Assembly: GCF_006345805.1 (NCBI RefSeq)
Contig: NC_043008.1
Location: 57,412,001 to 57,476,000 of the forward strand
Reading direction: 5' to 3'
From: Octopus sinensis
Lineage: Eukaryota
Length of the DNA: 64,000 bases
Positions within the stretch are counted from its first letter, which is position 1; every line of letters begins with the position of its first letter. This document shows positions 1-12,764 of this stretch, piece after piece. The position numbers and the translations under genes are program-made. A model generated the notes under the pieces. The model saw only the letters and a program-made list of their open reading frames with translations, was not told the DNA's origin and searched no databases.

Positions 1-112
1 TTTTACTGCATAGACTACAGATACTGTAGTAGATCACATGCTACAGTAGCACCAATCACTCTATCATGTATCTCTCCTGTGTCAATATTATTCCTTTATA
101 TTTATTTTACAG

Positions 113-262
113 ATGAATACAAAGACATCGTGCCAGCTGATTCACCTCCTTCCTATCGAGGTCAAGCTATTAAATACTCTTACAAGATCACCATTGGTAC
201 ACAGAGACTCAACCAACCAACAAAATTACTTCGCATTCCTATCCGTGTTATGGTGCTATTTG
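113..262 (+). CDS. RGP1: RGP1 (RAB6A-GEF complex partner 2) internal coding exon; gene 5' part lies upstream of the window
   Basis: tttacAG acceptor, G|GTAGG donor; encodes ...PADSPPSYRGQAIKYSYKITIGTQRLNQPTKLLRIPIRV, matching the Rgp1-family PPSFRGQSVKYxYKLTIG motif; phase 1 fits the next exon. Confidence 0.9.
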
Positions 263-481
263 GTAGGTATACTCCCTTTTTGTTTTTCTGTTATTGCTAC
301 ATTGTCAAGTATTGGTCAGTTATGATGAGGAAACTTATTGCTGGAGTGCTAATAAATTCTTTAAGAGTTTAGTGAAGACTGACCTTCACAGGCTCTTCAG
401 AGTTGTTGGGATTGAACTGGTGGATGTCCAGCTTAAATATCTGTAGGTCGAGATTTGTAGGAAAAATATATATATATATAT

Positions 482-785
482 CGTGATCAGGTGACCGACC
501 AGGCTATCAGATGTTGCTACACATCGCTGGTCACAATGCGCTTCGCATTGTTTTAGCCTTCAAATGACGCCACCCTGCTGGCTAAGCGAGCAGACCTACA
601 GAAGAAAGAGTGAGTGAAAGTTGTGGCGAAAGAGTACAGCAGGGATCACCACCACCCCTTGCCGGAGCCTCATGGAGCTTTAGGTGTTTTCGCTCAATAA
701 ACACTCACAACGCCCGGTCTGGGAATCGAAACTGTGATCCTACAACCACGAGTCTGCTGCCCTAGCCACTGGGCCATTGGACCTC

Positions 786-786
<1 letters not shown>
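482..786 (-). mobile_element. tRNA-derived SINE, family A
   Basis: Minus strand begins GGAGG..CAATGGCCCAGTGG (A-box) and has GTTTCGATTCCC (B-box); second copy at 4622-4894. Confidence 0.75.
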
Positions 787-838
<52 letters not shown>

Positions 839-996
839 TAAATTATACATATACACACACATACTCACACACTTATATGTAGGAGTCTATTCTTGAAATA
901 TATATATTGTATTTGTTTACCATAATATGATGTTGAATGTAGGAAAGTAGTATTATTTGCAAATATATATATATATGTATGTATCTTCTGTTTTAG

Positions 997-1140
997 GGTT
1001 AAATGATACAAGTGTTTATAATGAAAACGAAGTAGACGTAGCTCCAACAAACCCATTCTTGAAGCATTCCAGGAAGGAGAATTCTATTTTAGATATGGCA
1101 TTACAAGTTCTATCCACAGTCACCACCAGGAAAACTGCTC
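997..1140 (+). CDS. RGP1: RGP1 coding exon
   Basis: ttttAG acceptor, C|GTATGT donor; GLNDTSVYNENEVDVAPTNPFLK...VTTRKTA (NPFL motif); phases compatible on both sides. Confidence 0.85.
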
Positions 1141-1478
1141 GTATGTCTGATTTGAAAACTTTGATTCTTTGCATTATTGAACTTGTTTCCTCTTTTATAA
1201 ATAGTTTATACGTCTATCCTTTCTTTTTCTTTAGCTTTTTCAGTCATTAGACTATGGCCATGCTGGGGCACCGCCTTGAAGAATTTTAGTTGAACAAATC
1301 AACCCCAGTACTTATTTTACTTTTTAAGCATAGTACTTATTCTGCCGGGCCCTTTTGCCATACCGCTAAGTTACTAGGATGTAAATACACCAACACTGGT
1401 TTTCAAGTGGTGGTCAAATACAGACACAAAGACACACACATATATATTATGAGCTTCTCTCAGTTTCTTCTTTTTTTT

Positions 1479-1931
1479 TTTTTATTTCTTTGTTGTCCAC
1501 AAGGGGCTATAAATAGAGGTGACAAACAAAGACAGACAAAGGGATTAAGTCGATTACATCGGGCCCTGTGTGTAACTGGTACTTAATTTATCGACGCTGA
1601 AAGGATGAAAGGCAAAATCGACCTCAGCGGAATTTGAACTCAGGACGCAACGGCAGATGAAATACCTATTTCTTTATTACCCACAAGGGACTAAACACAG
1701 AGGGGACAAACAAGGACATACAAAGGGATTAAATCGATTACATCGAGCCTTGTGTGTAACTGGTACTTAATTTATCTAACCCCGAAAGGATGAAAAGCAA
1801 AGTCGACCTCGGCGGAATTTGAACTCAGGACGTAACGGCAGATGAAATACCTATTTCTTTATTACCCACAAGGGGCTAAACACAGAGGGGACAAACAAGG
1901 ACAGACAAACGGATTAAGTCAATTACATCGC
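1479..1931 (-). mobile_element. Tandem multimer of SINE family C body (~180-bp units)
   Basis: Repeated GAAAGGATGAAAGGCAAAGTCGACCTCGGCGGAATTTGAACTC core with TATTTCTTTATTACCCAC junctions. Confidence 0.8.
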
Positions 1932-2150
1932 CACACTCAAAAATTAAGTGAAAGAACCGGGAAAAATAATCGTTGACCGGTACCAGATTGATCCCAGAAT
2001 CTAATCAGTTCGTGCCAGTCACGAGGCCAAACATCCCTGGAAGTTTCATCCGAATCCATCCAGCGGTTCTTGAGATATCTTCTCCATGGACAAACAGACA
2101 TATACAAGTGAAAACAATACCTCCGCCTTTGCTAAGGTGGAGGTAATAAA
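1932..2150 (+). mobile_element. Helentron/HINE-like non-autonomous element 3' end
   Basis: (A)CAGAC-type microsatellite followed by terminal stem-loop TACCTCCGCC-TTTGCTAA-GGTGGAGGTA and A-rich end. Confidence 0.5.
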
Positions 2151-2256
2151 TTAAAGGATTAAGAGGAGGATGTTTAAGCTACTTTATTTAGGATTAAAAC
2201 TGATCCCTCTCTAAGACTTATATACTGACTCTATTTCCATTCTTCTCTCTTTCCAG

Positions 2257-2384
2257 GTTTCTACAACATCACAAATGTTCGAGGAAAAGTTGCCCGTTTT
2301 CATCTGTTTAAAAATGCATATCGTTTGGGAGAAGATATTAATGGAGTGTTTGATTTTTCAGGTGGTAGTGTAGCCTGTGTCCAG
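2257..2384 (+). CDS. RGP1: RGP1 coding exon (missed by ORF track)
   Basis: ttccAG acceptor, CAG|GTAAAT donor; FYNITNVRGKVARFHLFKNAYRLGEDINGVFDFSGGSVACVQ, Rgp1 YRLGED motif. Confidence 0.92.
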
Positions 2385-2831
2385 GTAAATTGAATCTCTC
2401 TCTCTCTCATTCTATCTATAATATCTATCTCTCATTTTTTTAATGGCCTCAACCACACAAAATTGGTGTGTAATTCTGCTTTTGAATTTCCAATCATCAT
2501 AATATATGGTTGGAAACCAAACTTTTTAACAATGAATTCTGCTAGAATTCATTAGTTTTATTATGGAATGGCAGGACAAGTGGCAGAAGGAAAAGAGAAA
2601 TGGCAGAATCGTGACAGCACTGGACAAATAACTTGTGGTATTTATTCTGGCTCTATGCATTCTGAGTTCAAATCCCATTTTTCATTATTTCAAGATCAAT
2701 AAAGTAACGTACCAGTCACGTCCTGGGGTTTATATAGTCAACTATTCCTGACCAATTCACCCACCCACAAAACATTGTGGCCTTGTGCCTATGTTAGAAA
2801 CAGGTGTAGTTGTTGTTTTTTAATAAATAAA

Positions 2832-4027
2832 CACTGGCTATGGTGCCATGCAAAAAGCTCTGGTGACGGTGCCATGCAAAAAGCTCTGGTTATGGTGCCA
2901 TGCAAAAAGCTCTGGTTATGGTGCCATGCAAAAAGCTCTGGTGACGGTGCCATGCAAAAAGCTCTGGTTATGGTGCCATGTAAAAGCTCTGGTTATGGTG
3001 CCACGTAAAAAGTACTGGTTATGGTGCCATGTAAAAAGTACTGGTTATGGTGCCATGTAAAAGCTCTGGTGACGGTGCCATGTAAAAAGTACTGGTTATG
3101 GTGCCATGTAAAAGCTCTGGTGACGGTGCCATGTAAAAAGCACTGGTTATGGTGCCATGCAAAAAGCACTGGTGATGGTGCCATGTAAAAAGTACTGGTT
3201 ATGGTGCCATGTAAAAAGTACTGGTTATGGTGCCATGTAAAAAGTACTGGTTATGGTGCCATGTAAAAAGCACTGGTTATGGTGCCATGTAAAAAGTACT
3301 GGTTATGGTGCCATGTAAAAAGCACTGGTTATGGTGCCATGTAAAAAGCACTGGTTATGGTGCCATGTAAAAAGCACTGGTTAGGTGTGCCATGTAAAAA
3401 GCACTGGTTATGGTGCCACGTAAAAAGTACTGTTATGGTGCCATGTAAAAAGCACTGGTTATGGTGCCATGTAAAAAGCACTGGTTATGGTGCCATGTAA
3501 AAAGTACTGGTTATGGTGCCATGTAAAAAGCACTGGTTATGGTGCCATGTAAAAAGCACTGGTTATGGTGCCATGTAAAAAGCACTGGTTATGGTGCCAT
3601 GTAAAAAGCACTGGTTATGGTGCCACGTAAAAAGCACTGGTTATGGTGCCATGTAAAAAGCACTGGTTATGGTGCCACGTAAAAAGCTCTGGTTATGGTG
3701 CCATGTAAAAAGCACTGGTTATGGTGCCATGTAAAAAGCACTGGTTATGGTGCCATGTAAAAAGCACTGGTTATGGTGCCACGTAAAAAGTACTGGTTAT
3801 GGTGCCATGTAAAAAGCACTGGTTATGGTGCCATGTAAAAAGTACTGGTTATGGTGCCATGTAAAAAGCTCTGGTTATGGTGCCATGCAAAAAGCTCTGG
3901 TGATGGTGCCATGTAAAAAGTACTGGTTATGGTGCCATGCAAAAAGCTCTGGTGATGGTGCCATGTAAAAAGTACTGGTGATGGTGCCATGTAAAAAGCT
4001 CTGGTGATGGTGCCATGTAAAAAGCAC
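2832..4027 (+). repeat. 26-bp minisatellite (~46 units) in RGP1 intron
   Basis: Unit CTGGTTATGGTGCCATGTAAAAAGCA with variants; runs directly into an RTE-type 3' tail at 4028-4170. Confidence 0.95.
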
Positions 4028-4213
4028 CCAGTACACGTAAAGTGATTGGCATTAGGAACGGCATCTAGCTGATAAAAACCAAGCCGGAACAGTCTATGGA
4101 ATCTGGTGCCGCTCCTGTCAAACTATCCAACCCATGCCAGCTTGGAAAACAGACATTAAATGATGAAGACGAGGATTTCCATTTACACTTTTCCTTCTCC
4201 CTTTCTATTCCAG

Positions 4214-4391
4214 CTGAGTGTTTCCCTGCAGAGTGAAGAGAGCGTTGCCGAGGAATGCTGTCGCAAAAAGAACCAACCTACTTCCATCACTTTCTATGGC
4301 AAACAGCAAGAGATGTGCCTTCATACCCAGCGCACCCACATCAGTATCCCTGTGCCACTTACTATTACTCCTGGCTTCATTACTGACATAG
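4214..4391 (+). CDS. RGP1: RGP1 coding exon
   Basis: ttccAG acceptor, G|GTAAGT donor; LSVSLQSEESVAEE...IPVPLTITPGFITDI. Confidence 0.92.
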
Positions 4392-4621
4392 GTAAGTATA
4401 ATTGTTGCTGTCGTTTTTGAGGTAGATTCAAAAAGTTCCTGGATTAGTTATGTTTAATAAAAAATAACTTATTTACCTAAGTTTTAACATCATCTCCTTC
4501 GAAATAGTCACATTGTGCAGCAATTCACCGGTCCCAGAATTCATGCCACTTTTGGAATCTGGCCTGAAAGTTGTTTTCCGTAAGCTATTGATTTGGATCT
4601 TTTTTTTTTTTTCCTTGCCCT

Positions 4622-4894
4622 TTTAAAGCCTAGCCAGGCTCACAGGCCCGATTTCCTGGTTTCTGTGGCATATGTGTTCCCCATCGCAGCGTTACTCAAG
4701 AAACAGGAAGAGAGAGTGAGGGAAAGTTGTGGCAAAAGAGTACAACAGGGGTCGCCGCCACCCCCTGCCAGAGCCTCATTGAGCTTTTAGGTGTTTTCGC
4801 TCAATAAACACACACAACGCCCAGTCTGGGAATCGAAACTGCGATCCTTTGACCGCGAGTCTGCTTGTCCTAACCACTGGGTCATTGCGCCTCC
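4622..4894 (-). mobile_element. tRNA-derived SINE, family A
   Basis: Homologous to 482-786; head GGAGGCGCAATGACCCAGTGGTTAGG on the minus strand. Confidence 0.75.
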
Positions 4895-4979
4895 ACATCT
4901 ATTTAGTGATTGATTTTATAGTTTCTTATTCAGATATTCCTTCTGTTTTATTGATTTGTTTAATCTTTTCTTTTTCCAG

Positions 4980-5203
4980 TTTGTCTTCGATGGAGACTTC
5001 ATTTTGAGTTTGTCACAGTTGTTGATGAAGTACACGACAGCGAACAGATCGTAGCAGCTGATGGTTGCTCCATGTGGCAGGGATCTCCAGTACTAAACGT
5101 TGAAACAATGGTGTGGGACCTACCTATTAAAATATTTCCTACGAGTCCAATCCATGCATGGAGTGCTACTTTGCTGAAAAGTGAAGAATTTATCCAAGTT
5201 TAA
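4980..5203 (+). CDS. RGP1: RGP1 terminal coding exon with stop (missed by ORF track)
   Basis: ttccAG acceptor; (V)CLRWRLHFEFVT...VETMVWDLPIKIFPTSP...FIQV then TAA 5201-5203; WRLHFEF and WDLPIK are conserved Rgp1 C-terminal motifs. Confidence 0.93.
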
Positions 5204-6580
5204 TGATTTTCCCCCCACAAAAAAAAAACGAAGAGAAAGAAAAAATCTGTATAATACCTGAATATATTTGTGTGAATGTAAAGGAGATTGATTGCAGGTG
5301 TGTTGACATTAATGAACATTCGTAAAATGTTAGCAGCTAGGTATTTGAATCTAATATTACTGTGTTACCTGTGGGTGTTACCTGTGAGGCCTGTAAACCG
5401 AGATATGTTTAGGTCACTCACAACAAATAAAGGGATGTCATCATAGCTTTGTATTATAATTTTCCCTCTAAAATCACAACAACTAAATCTTTATTCACAT
5501 ATCAGCTACCCATTTATTTAATTGAAAAAAAAATGGAAGTTTATTTGAGATAGTTTCTCTGAAAATACTCTCCTGTAGATATCCAGGAACAAACACTGAG
5601 AAAGTAACTTAGTCATTCTTTATTGTTACAGACATTTTAAAGAATCACAAGAGCTCTAGCAGAATTGCTATTTATTAAGTTTTGTTTTTTTTTCAACACT
5701 TCTTCCATTTTCTGTCCAAATTTTTATTTCCTCACCGAGACATATCTTTTCTAAATAAATCAATAGGATTTTAAACGAGTTAAGAAGTAGTTCAAATTCA
5801 GCAAAGTAAAACATTTATTTATTGTATTTAATCAAAATTCCATAGTCTAAATTGCTTTCAAAATTCCATATTCTAAATTGCTTTCAAAATTCCATATTTC
5901 AAATTGCTTTGAAAGTATAAACAATTATTTAGTTCAGATAAAAAAAATGGAATTCCTAGACAATATGCAATTCCATAACTCCTATAACCAATTCTATATT
6001 TCACCATTTTGCATTGTAAAAAGAAGAAAATTCAGAATAGCCAAAGTTTTTTTTTTTTTCTTGCATAGGATCATGCACACATTTATAATATATGATCCCG
6101 TGTCATTTTTTACTCATCTCAGCCAGATTTAATTCCACATACTTGTCTTCCAAATATATACCATAGTGTACATGAAATAATTTCTATGAAATATTATTAA
6201 ACTGAAAAAATAAATTCTATGAAGAAATTTTTGTTGTTGTTTTTTCTTTATCTTTTATCTGTCGGTCATTAGAATGTCGCCATACTGGGACACTGCTTTG
6301 AAGGGTTTTTAGTTGAATGTATTGAGCACAGGACATTTTTTTTTTAAGCCTGGTACTTATTCTATCACTCTCTTGCACATCACATCTGGTGCTTTTTATG
6401 TCTGACATTTCTCTCAGGGCGCTTACACTCTGTCGTGTGTGCACACTGACATTACACATCCATGCTAGCTTCATTTCTTTCGAACCTACGCATGTCTTCA
6501 GCAGTCACAGTCATGGCTCATGTTTCATTGCCGTGAAGGATGGCAGTTCACACACATGCATCATACAATCTACCTTTCAC

Positions 6581-7470
6581 TCAGAGTGAGAGGCCCTTTG
6601 TCATCTGTAGGGATAGAAGCTTTCTGAACTTTGCCCAGGCTATTCTTATTCTAGTGGTAACTCTCTCTGAGCATCCACCCCCACTACAGACTTGGTCACC
6701 TAGGTAGCGGAAGCTATCAACTACTTCTAGTTTCTCCCCTTGGCATGTGATGGAGTCTGTTTTCTGAGCATCTGTGGTGTTTATTGCCCCTGTGCATCTG
6801 CTGCACACAAAAGTTATCTTCCCGGTTAATCTTCTTTTGATGTTGCTGCACTTCTTATGTGTCCATAGCTTACACTGGGTACATCTTATGGAGTTTCTAC
6901 CTACACCTTTTCTACAGATCGAGCAGGGCCACCTACCTGAGGGTGTGTGTGATGTGTTCGCCTTCCTACTTACTAGAACTTTGGTCTTTGCAACATTGAC
7001 TCTAAGGCCCTTCGATTCTAAACCTTGTTTCCACACTTGAAGTTTCTTCTCTAGTTCTAGTAGTGATTCTGCTATGAGGGCCAGGTCATCAGTGTAGAGG
7101 AGTTCCCAGGATCAACCTGTCTTGAATTCTGTTATTGCCTGGAGGACTATGATGAATAAGAGGGGGCTGAGGGCTGACCCTTGGTGGACTCCTACTTTTC
7201 CCAGAATTCTTCACTATACTCATTTCCAATCCTAACCCTACCAACAGCATCTCTGTATAGGGCCTGTACAGCCCTTATTAACCATTCGTCAATCCCCAGT
7301 TTCTGCATCGCCCACCAGATAAGGGATCGGGGGAGCCTGTCAAAGGCTTTCTCCAATCCACAAAAGCCAAATACAGGGGTGTATCTTTGGCTAGGTATTT
7401 TTGCAGTTGCTGTACCAGGAATATAGCATCAGTGGTACTTCTACCTGGCACAAAACCGAACTGCATCTAA
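6581..7470 (-). mobile_element. RTE-clade LINE fragment (RT core plus embedded PHD-like finger), frameshifted
   Basis: QFGFVPGRSTTDAIF, LYLAFVD, WELLYTDDL, GLRVNVAKTK, CSICRKGVG..C..CKLWTHKKC, FRYLG. Confidence 0.9.
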
Positions 7471-8094
7471 GCAGACTTTCTCCCCATGGGCATAGGGTTG
7501 GGGATAAAGGCACTGGTTTAATGCAGTGCAGTCACCAAGAGATTCTGAGTTCAATCCTGGCAAGGCACTTCAGGGAATCACAAGTCACTTGAAGAACACT
7601 GTAGTATATATACAGCCGAAATGTAATGAAAGCACTCAAACCAATACATAATATAATTTCCTCATATCAGAAATATAAAATTACGGAGATGTACTTGCAT
7701 AGCAAGTGACCTGATCTGAGATTGTGTGCTGGAATGAAAACAATTGCAGTGTGGAGAGTGTTTATAAGCCATTTAAGAAACACACAAAAACTGTTAGATT
7801 CACTTCAACATTTGAATTTAGTTTGTCAAAATATTTTCATTGCTTTGAGACTGCGACTTGTTCACTGACAAATATAAAAAAAGTTTGTATTATAGAACCA
7901 TGGATGGTCTGAAATAAAAAATCAAAAGGAGTTAACCATTTTGACTACCCTGGTTCTATGGTATAAACTTCCAATTTTAAAGTGATCTAAATAAAAGCCT
8001 ATTAAAATTTCATATTAATTTAGGTTCTAAACACCAAATCAATAATGATGGTTATGTTTTTATATTCTTCATTTTAAAAAATATTTATTGAAGG

Positions 8095-8397
8095 CACGTA
8101 AAAGACACCATTCGAGCGTTATCGTTACCAGCATCGCTTTACTGGCACCTGCGCCGGTGGCATGTGTAAAAGATTCAAGCGAGGTCATTGCCAGTACCGT
8201 CAGACTGGCCCCGTGCCGGTGGCATGTAAAAGCACCCAATACACTCTCAGAGTGGTTGGCGTTAGGAAGGGCATCCAGCTGTAGAATGTCTGCCAGATCA
8301 AGATTGAAGCCTGGTGCAGCCATCTGGTTAGCCAGTCCTCAGTCAAATCGTCCAACCCATGCCAGCATGGAAAGTGGACGTTAAACGATGATGATGA
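8095..8397 (+). mobile_element. RTE LINE 3' UTR remnant with (GAT)n tail
   Basis: GGCGTTAGGAAGGGCATCCAGCTGTAG...CATGCCAGCATGGAAAG..ACGTTAAACGATGATGATG; same family as 23985-24638. Confidence 0.8.
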
Positions 8398-9974
8398 ACA
8401 TATTTTATCCCCCATCTTTTTGCACTTCCACTCACCCTCCCTGAAACCACTTACTTTGTTTCTCACATTCCCAGTATCATCCCTTACCATCTTATTTTCC
8501 ACTGAATCCCTTTTTCACCTCCACTCTTCCACTTCACAATCTCTCATTCTGCCAGTGGCAGCCCCAACTATTGGTGTCAGTCTCCTACTTGTTTCCACCC
8601 CTATGTACCTCTGACCTTGTCTCTGGCACTGTGCATCTATTACACACTGCCCACTCTCCACGTCACCTGTGCTATCACCTCCCAATCCTATTCCCTCCAC
8701 CTTTCTTCCTTTTGGGTATCCTGCACAGAGGGGAAAATAAGATGGTCGAAGCTGGAATGCCTTTGATTATAGGTTTTCTCAATCGGGGTTAAACTGAATA
8801 ATAATAATAATGAAATTATTGTATACAGTGCTCAAACTTTGATTATAGTATTATGAGCCCTGCCCTCACGGTTAATTATGAATAAAGTCAGTGTTTAGGG
8901 AAATAGAAGAGCTAAAATGTGTAGTGCTGAGATTAAGAAGAAAATAAATATAATTACTGGTTAAGTGCATTGAGCAGTGTCTCTCCAGATGTATTCAACA
9001 AAGCGCCATGGAGAACTATGAACCCCAGTACTGATAATTATGGGGTGTGGGGATATGGAATGAGTACATGTAGCATGTACAAGGTCTGTGCACATCGTGT
9101 ACAGCATAATATACCATTATATTCATTTGGAAGTTGTTTGAGATGTTTGTATTGTTAAAAAAAGGGGGATGCCAAGATCCAAAGCTGGACCTCAAACCTG
9201 ACCTTCACCATGTGGGATGCACAGTGATTTTGAAGGTCAAATTTTGAGAGAAAAAGTGACCATTTTATATGCCACAAAATACAGTAATCATATCTTCAAA
9301 ATCTTGAATTTATAATATACATGATTAATTTTTTTTTAATGTTAATAAATAAGCATTACATTTGATAAATTAATCTGAATGCTAAAGGGTTAATGTCCAC
9401 TTTTTCATGCTAGCATGGGTCAGGTGGAATTTGTTGAGGTTGATTTTTGTATGACTGGATGCCCTTCCTGTTACCAACCCTTGCCAGTTTCCAAGCAAAG
9501 TGATATTTCTCTATGACCAGACATGCAGCGCCACATAAAAGCACCCAGTATACACTCTGTAGAGTGGTTGGTGTTAGGAAGGGCATCCAACTGTAGCAAG
9601 CCAAAACACACAATGGAAGCTGGTGAGGCTCTCTAGCTTGCTAGCTTTGGTCAAACTGTCCAACCCATATCAGCACGGACAATGGACATTAAATGATGAT
9701 GGTGAATAACACAGCTTGTATGACAGTGACAATCATTTATAACTATTAAGAGACACCTAGACCAATGCTACTCAAAGTGGTGTTCCGCGGACCGGTGCTG
9801 GTCCATGAGCCATCAGCTGCCGGTATGTGGTGAGTTTCCAGAAAGAAAGAAACAATATAAAATGCTTATGTAATATTGTATAATTTGTTAAAAAAATAAA
9901 TATAAGATTTAAAAAATTGTCTACTCTTATAATATTCATTATGTATATTGTTTCCAGTATAAGTTACTATTACT

Positions 9975-11560
9975 AAGAATCTTCTGCTCGCACTCTCTCC
10001 AAGACCTCTTGCATCATTACCATCATCTTCTCCCCCACTTTATCACCCCAGTTCACTCCTTTTGCTTGCCTTTTGACATAGCTACATGCTGTTCGGATCC
10101 ATCCTGCGACAGTGTAGTGACTTACCAACTTCCCACACACTGAGAACAGTTCATGCCTATTCATATTCTGATTTAGGTCTCTCCAGCTTGCCAGCCCTGG
10201 TCAAACCATCCAACCCATGCCAGCATGGACATTGGACATTAAATGATGATAGTGAATAACACAGCTTGTATGACAGTGACAATAATTTATAACTATCAAG
10301 CGACACCTAGACCAGAGCCTACCCACTTTGTCTCCTTTGAACCTGAGCCCCAGTGTCACAGCTCCTTCTATAGCTTCTGGCAGTTTTGTTGTCAGCCCAA
10401 ACCTTCTAAGATGGTCCACGATTTCCTCTGCCGATGCCACATTCTCATCTACCATGATATCGTTGATATATGAGCTGGTAGCCTGCCCCACTTTGGCCTC
10501 TTTGCCCAAAACTGCCTCAAGGATCTTCACTATGATCTTCAGCACTGAACTCAGGTCGAAACCCAGTTGAGTCAGGCAGTATGTTCTGCCCCTGTACCTC
10601 ACTAGTTGGTACTTCCACAACTTCTCTGATACATGGAGCTACAGATAGGCCGATGATTGTAGTTCCCCCTCCTCCCATTCACTTTCACTCATGAAGGGTT
10701 TCTCCATATATGTCAGCTGCCTTGCCACCCATATGACAGGACACATATTTATTCAGTTCCCTAATGTCTAGCGCTAGTTAAACCTTACTTTTTGTCAGCT
10801 GAACCACAGCCATCAACAGCAGCACACTGCCCGTTGTCTCCTCACTCCATGGTATCAGAACGCCCTCCTCTATCTCAAACCTTGCTTCTCCTTTCAGGGT
10901 GTGCTCATAGCAGCTCACCCTGTTTCTCAGTATGGGAGGTTCGCCTTTCAAGAAGTACTCCACCGTCCATCTTTCACTGTTGAACTCAGCATGGATGTCT
11001 TTGTCTTCCACTGCAACTATGGAAAGAACCTCTCTGTGCCAGTAATCTGTCACTCCTACAGCTTTCTTCCTTTGCTCTACACTCACGGCACACAGCACAC
11101 TGGTCACCAAACTACACTCCTTCCTCACCAACTGTCACATCTCCACCACCTCATCAACTACAATCTCCTGCAGCCTCAACACAGACCCCTGTATCTCTAT
11201 TTCTATGTCACTGATGTCCCTACATTTGACCTCCCAACCATTTACCGCTTTGAGCCTAGTGTTTCCTCTCTAGCTCTCCCAAGCTTGCTGTAGGCTTTAA
11301 AAGTCCCCTCTGTGTACGCATCCTTCAGCCACTCTTCAATTTTTTCCGCTTTTTCTTGGTCTGCTTCATTCATCTCCAGGCAGAGATTCAGTGCACTGCC
11401 TTCTAAGTACAATGGCATAAGGCTAGCCGCATCTATTCCCTGCAGCTTCGCCACAAGTCTCACCTTCTTTATTCAGGCCACCACATTGCTTTCCTCGGTG
11501 AATGGTTTCAACACATCACTACTGATTCGGGTTTTTATGGCCATTGCAAAAATAAACAAG
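9975..11560 (-). mobile_element. Decayed LTR retrotransposon gag-pol (Gypsy-type RT)
   Basis: Gag-like KKVRLVAKLQGIDAASLMPLYLEGSAL; RT-like LMAVVQ..K.KV, WKYQLV..RGRTYCLTQLGF, SYINDI (YIDD-derived); RNaseH-like RHELFSVCGKLVSHY; multiple stops and frameshifts. Confidence 0.75.
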
Positions 11561-12764
11561 GAAGAACAAGAGCAACAGAAAAATATTCAAAAATCTACTT
11601 CTCGAATGTATCCTCACAGCTTGCAACAATGTGCTGAAATAGCTTGTGGCTTGAAGGCATGAAAATTAAGTTGTTCTTATCTTGACTTACAATAGGATAC
11701 TGTCAGCAGATTGTTCAATTGTGAACATGATATCATGACCTCTCTTCGCTACGTCTACCCAGACTGTATGAAAAAAGAGGGTAACTTTTCTTCTCATTTG
11801 CCAATGTGACCTTATTTCTCACCTCTTCCACATTCCGATAGAATAGTACTGGGGTTGGTTTATTCGACTAAATTTCTTCAAGGCAATACCCCAGCATGGT
11901 CACAGTCTAATGACTGAAACAAATAAAAAGACGAAAGACGCTAGTGGTCCAAATTTTGATCATTTTTAGCCAATCAGAAAACAGGAATTGGAAACTTTAA
12001 AATTGCTGGTTACTTTAATAACAGGAAGTTTTTTGAGAGCTGCTGAAAGCATTTTGCTCTCCCATGCTAGTATTACAGTAATGTATGAATAATTGTTGAT
12101 TCAACGTGAAATATCGTTGCAAAAACAGTAGTATCTTTCTTTTTTACTTTTCATTACAATCTTGAATTTTTGATAAAATTTTTTTTAAATGTTTGTTTAA
12201 ATAAACCCATTTCAAGAAAGTATCAAGCTGCCCGTGGGCCTCAGGTTGGCCAGCTCTGCTCAGAATGAATTTTATGTATATCTTCGTTGAAAGTATTTGG
12301 TAGGTACATTTTCGTAGTACTTTTATCAATGTCTGCTTTTGTATTTCAAAATTTTCAGAAAAAATTAAAAAAAGCCTCGTTGTAACATGTAGGCCTATAC
12401 TGGAACTAAATATATTTTGTCGTTTCACTTCTATTTTTCATTTGCAATAGTTTAGTAGAATAAAAAAAAAAAAAACAGTTTTCAAAAGTAAACAGTAAGA
12501 AAATGGAGAAAGAATACAAAAAACTTGGAAGTAAAAAAAAGTGACATGTACATGCCCTCAATTATACACCACTTTGGAAAAGATTTTACCCACACATTTC
12601 TTTATAATCGTAATGTATGCCGTTTGAAAGGCATTTCTATAAAATTTCATTGAAAAAAACCTATTTTACTAAAAGTTATGGGGGAAAAACTCGGATCTTG
12701 TGAATTTTTCAAGGTCCTCTCCCCACACTCCTGTTGCTTTGCGCGCATTTTTTTTTCATATTCA

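Noticed and set aside
2775-3184. ORFs such as MQKALVTVPCKKLWLWCHAK
   Set aside because: Translations of the 26-bp minisatellite inside an RGP1 intron
2832-4027. CRISPR-like appearance of short direct repeats
   Set aside because: No unique spacers, eukaryotic context, no cas genes
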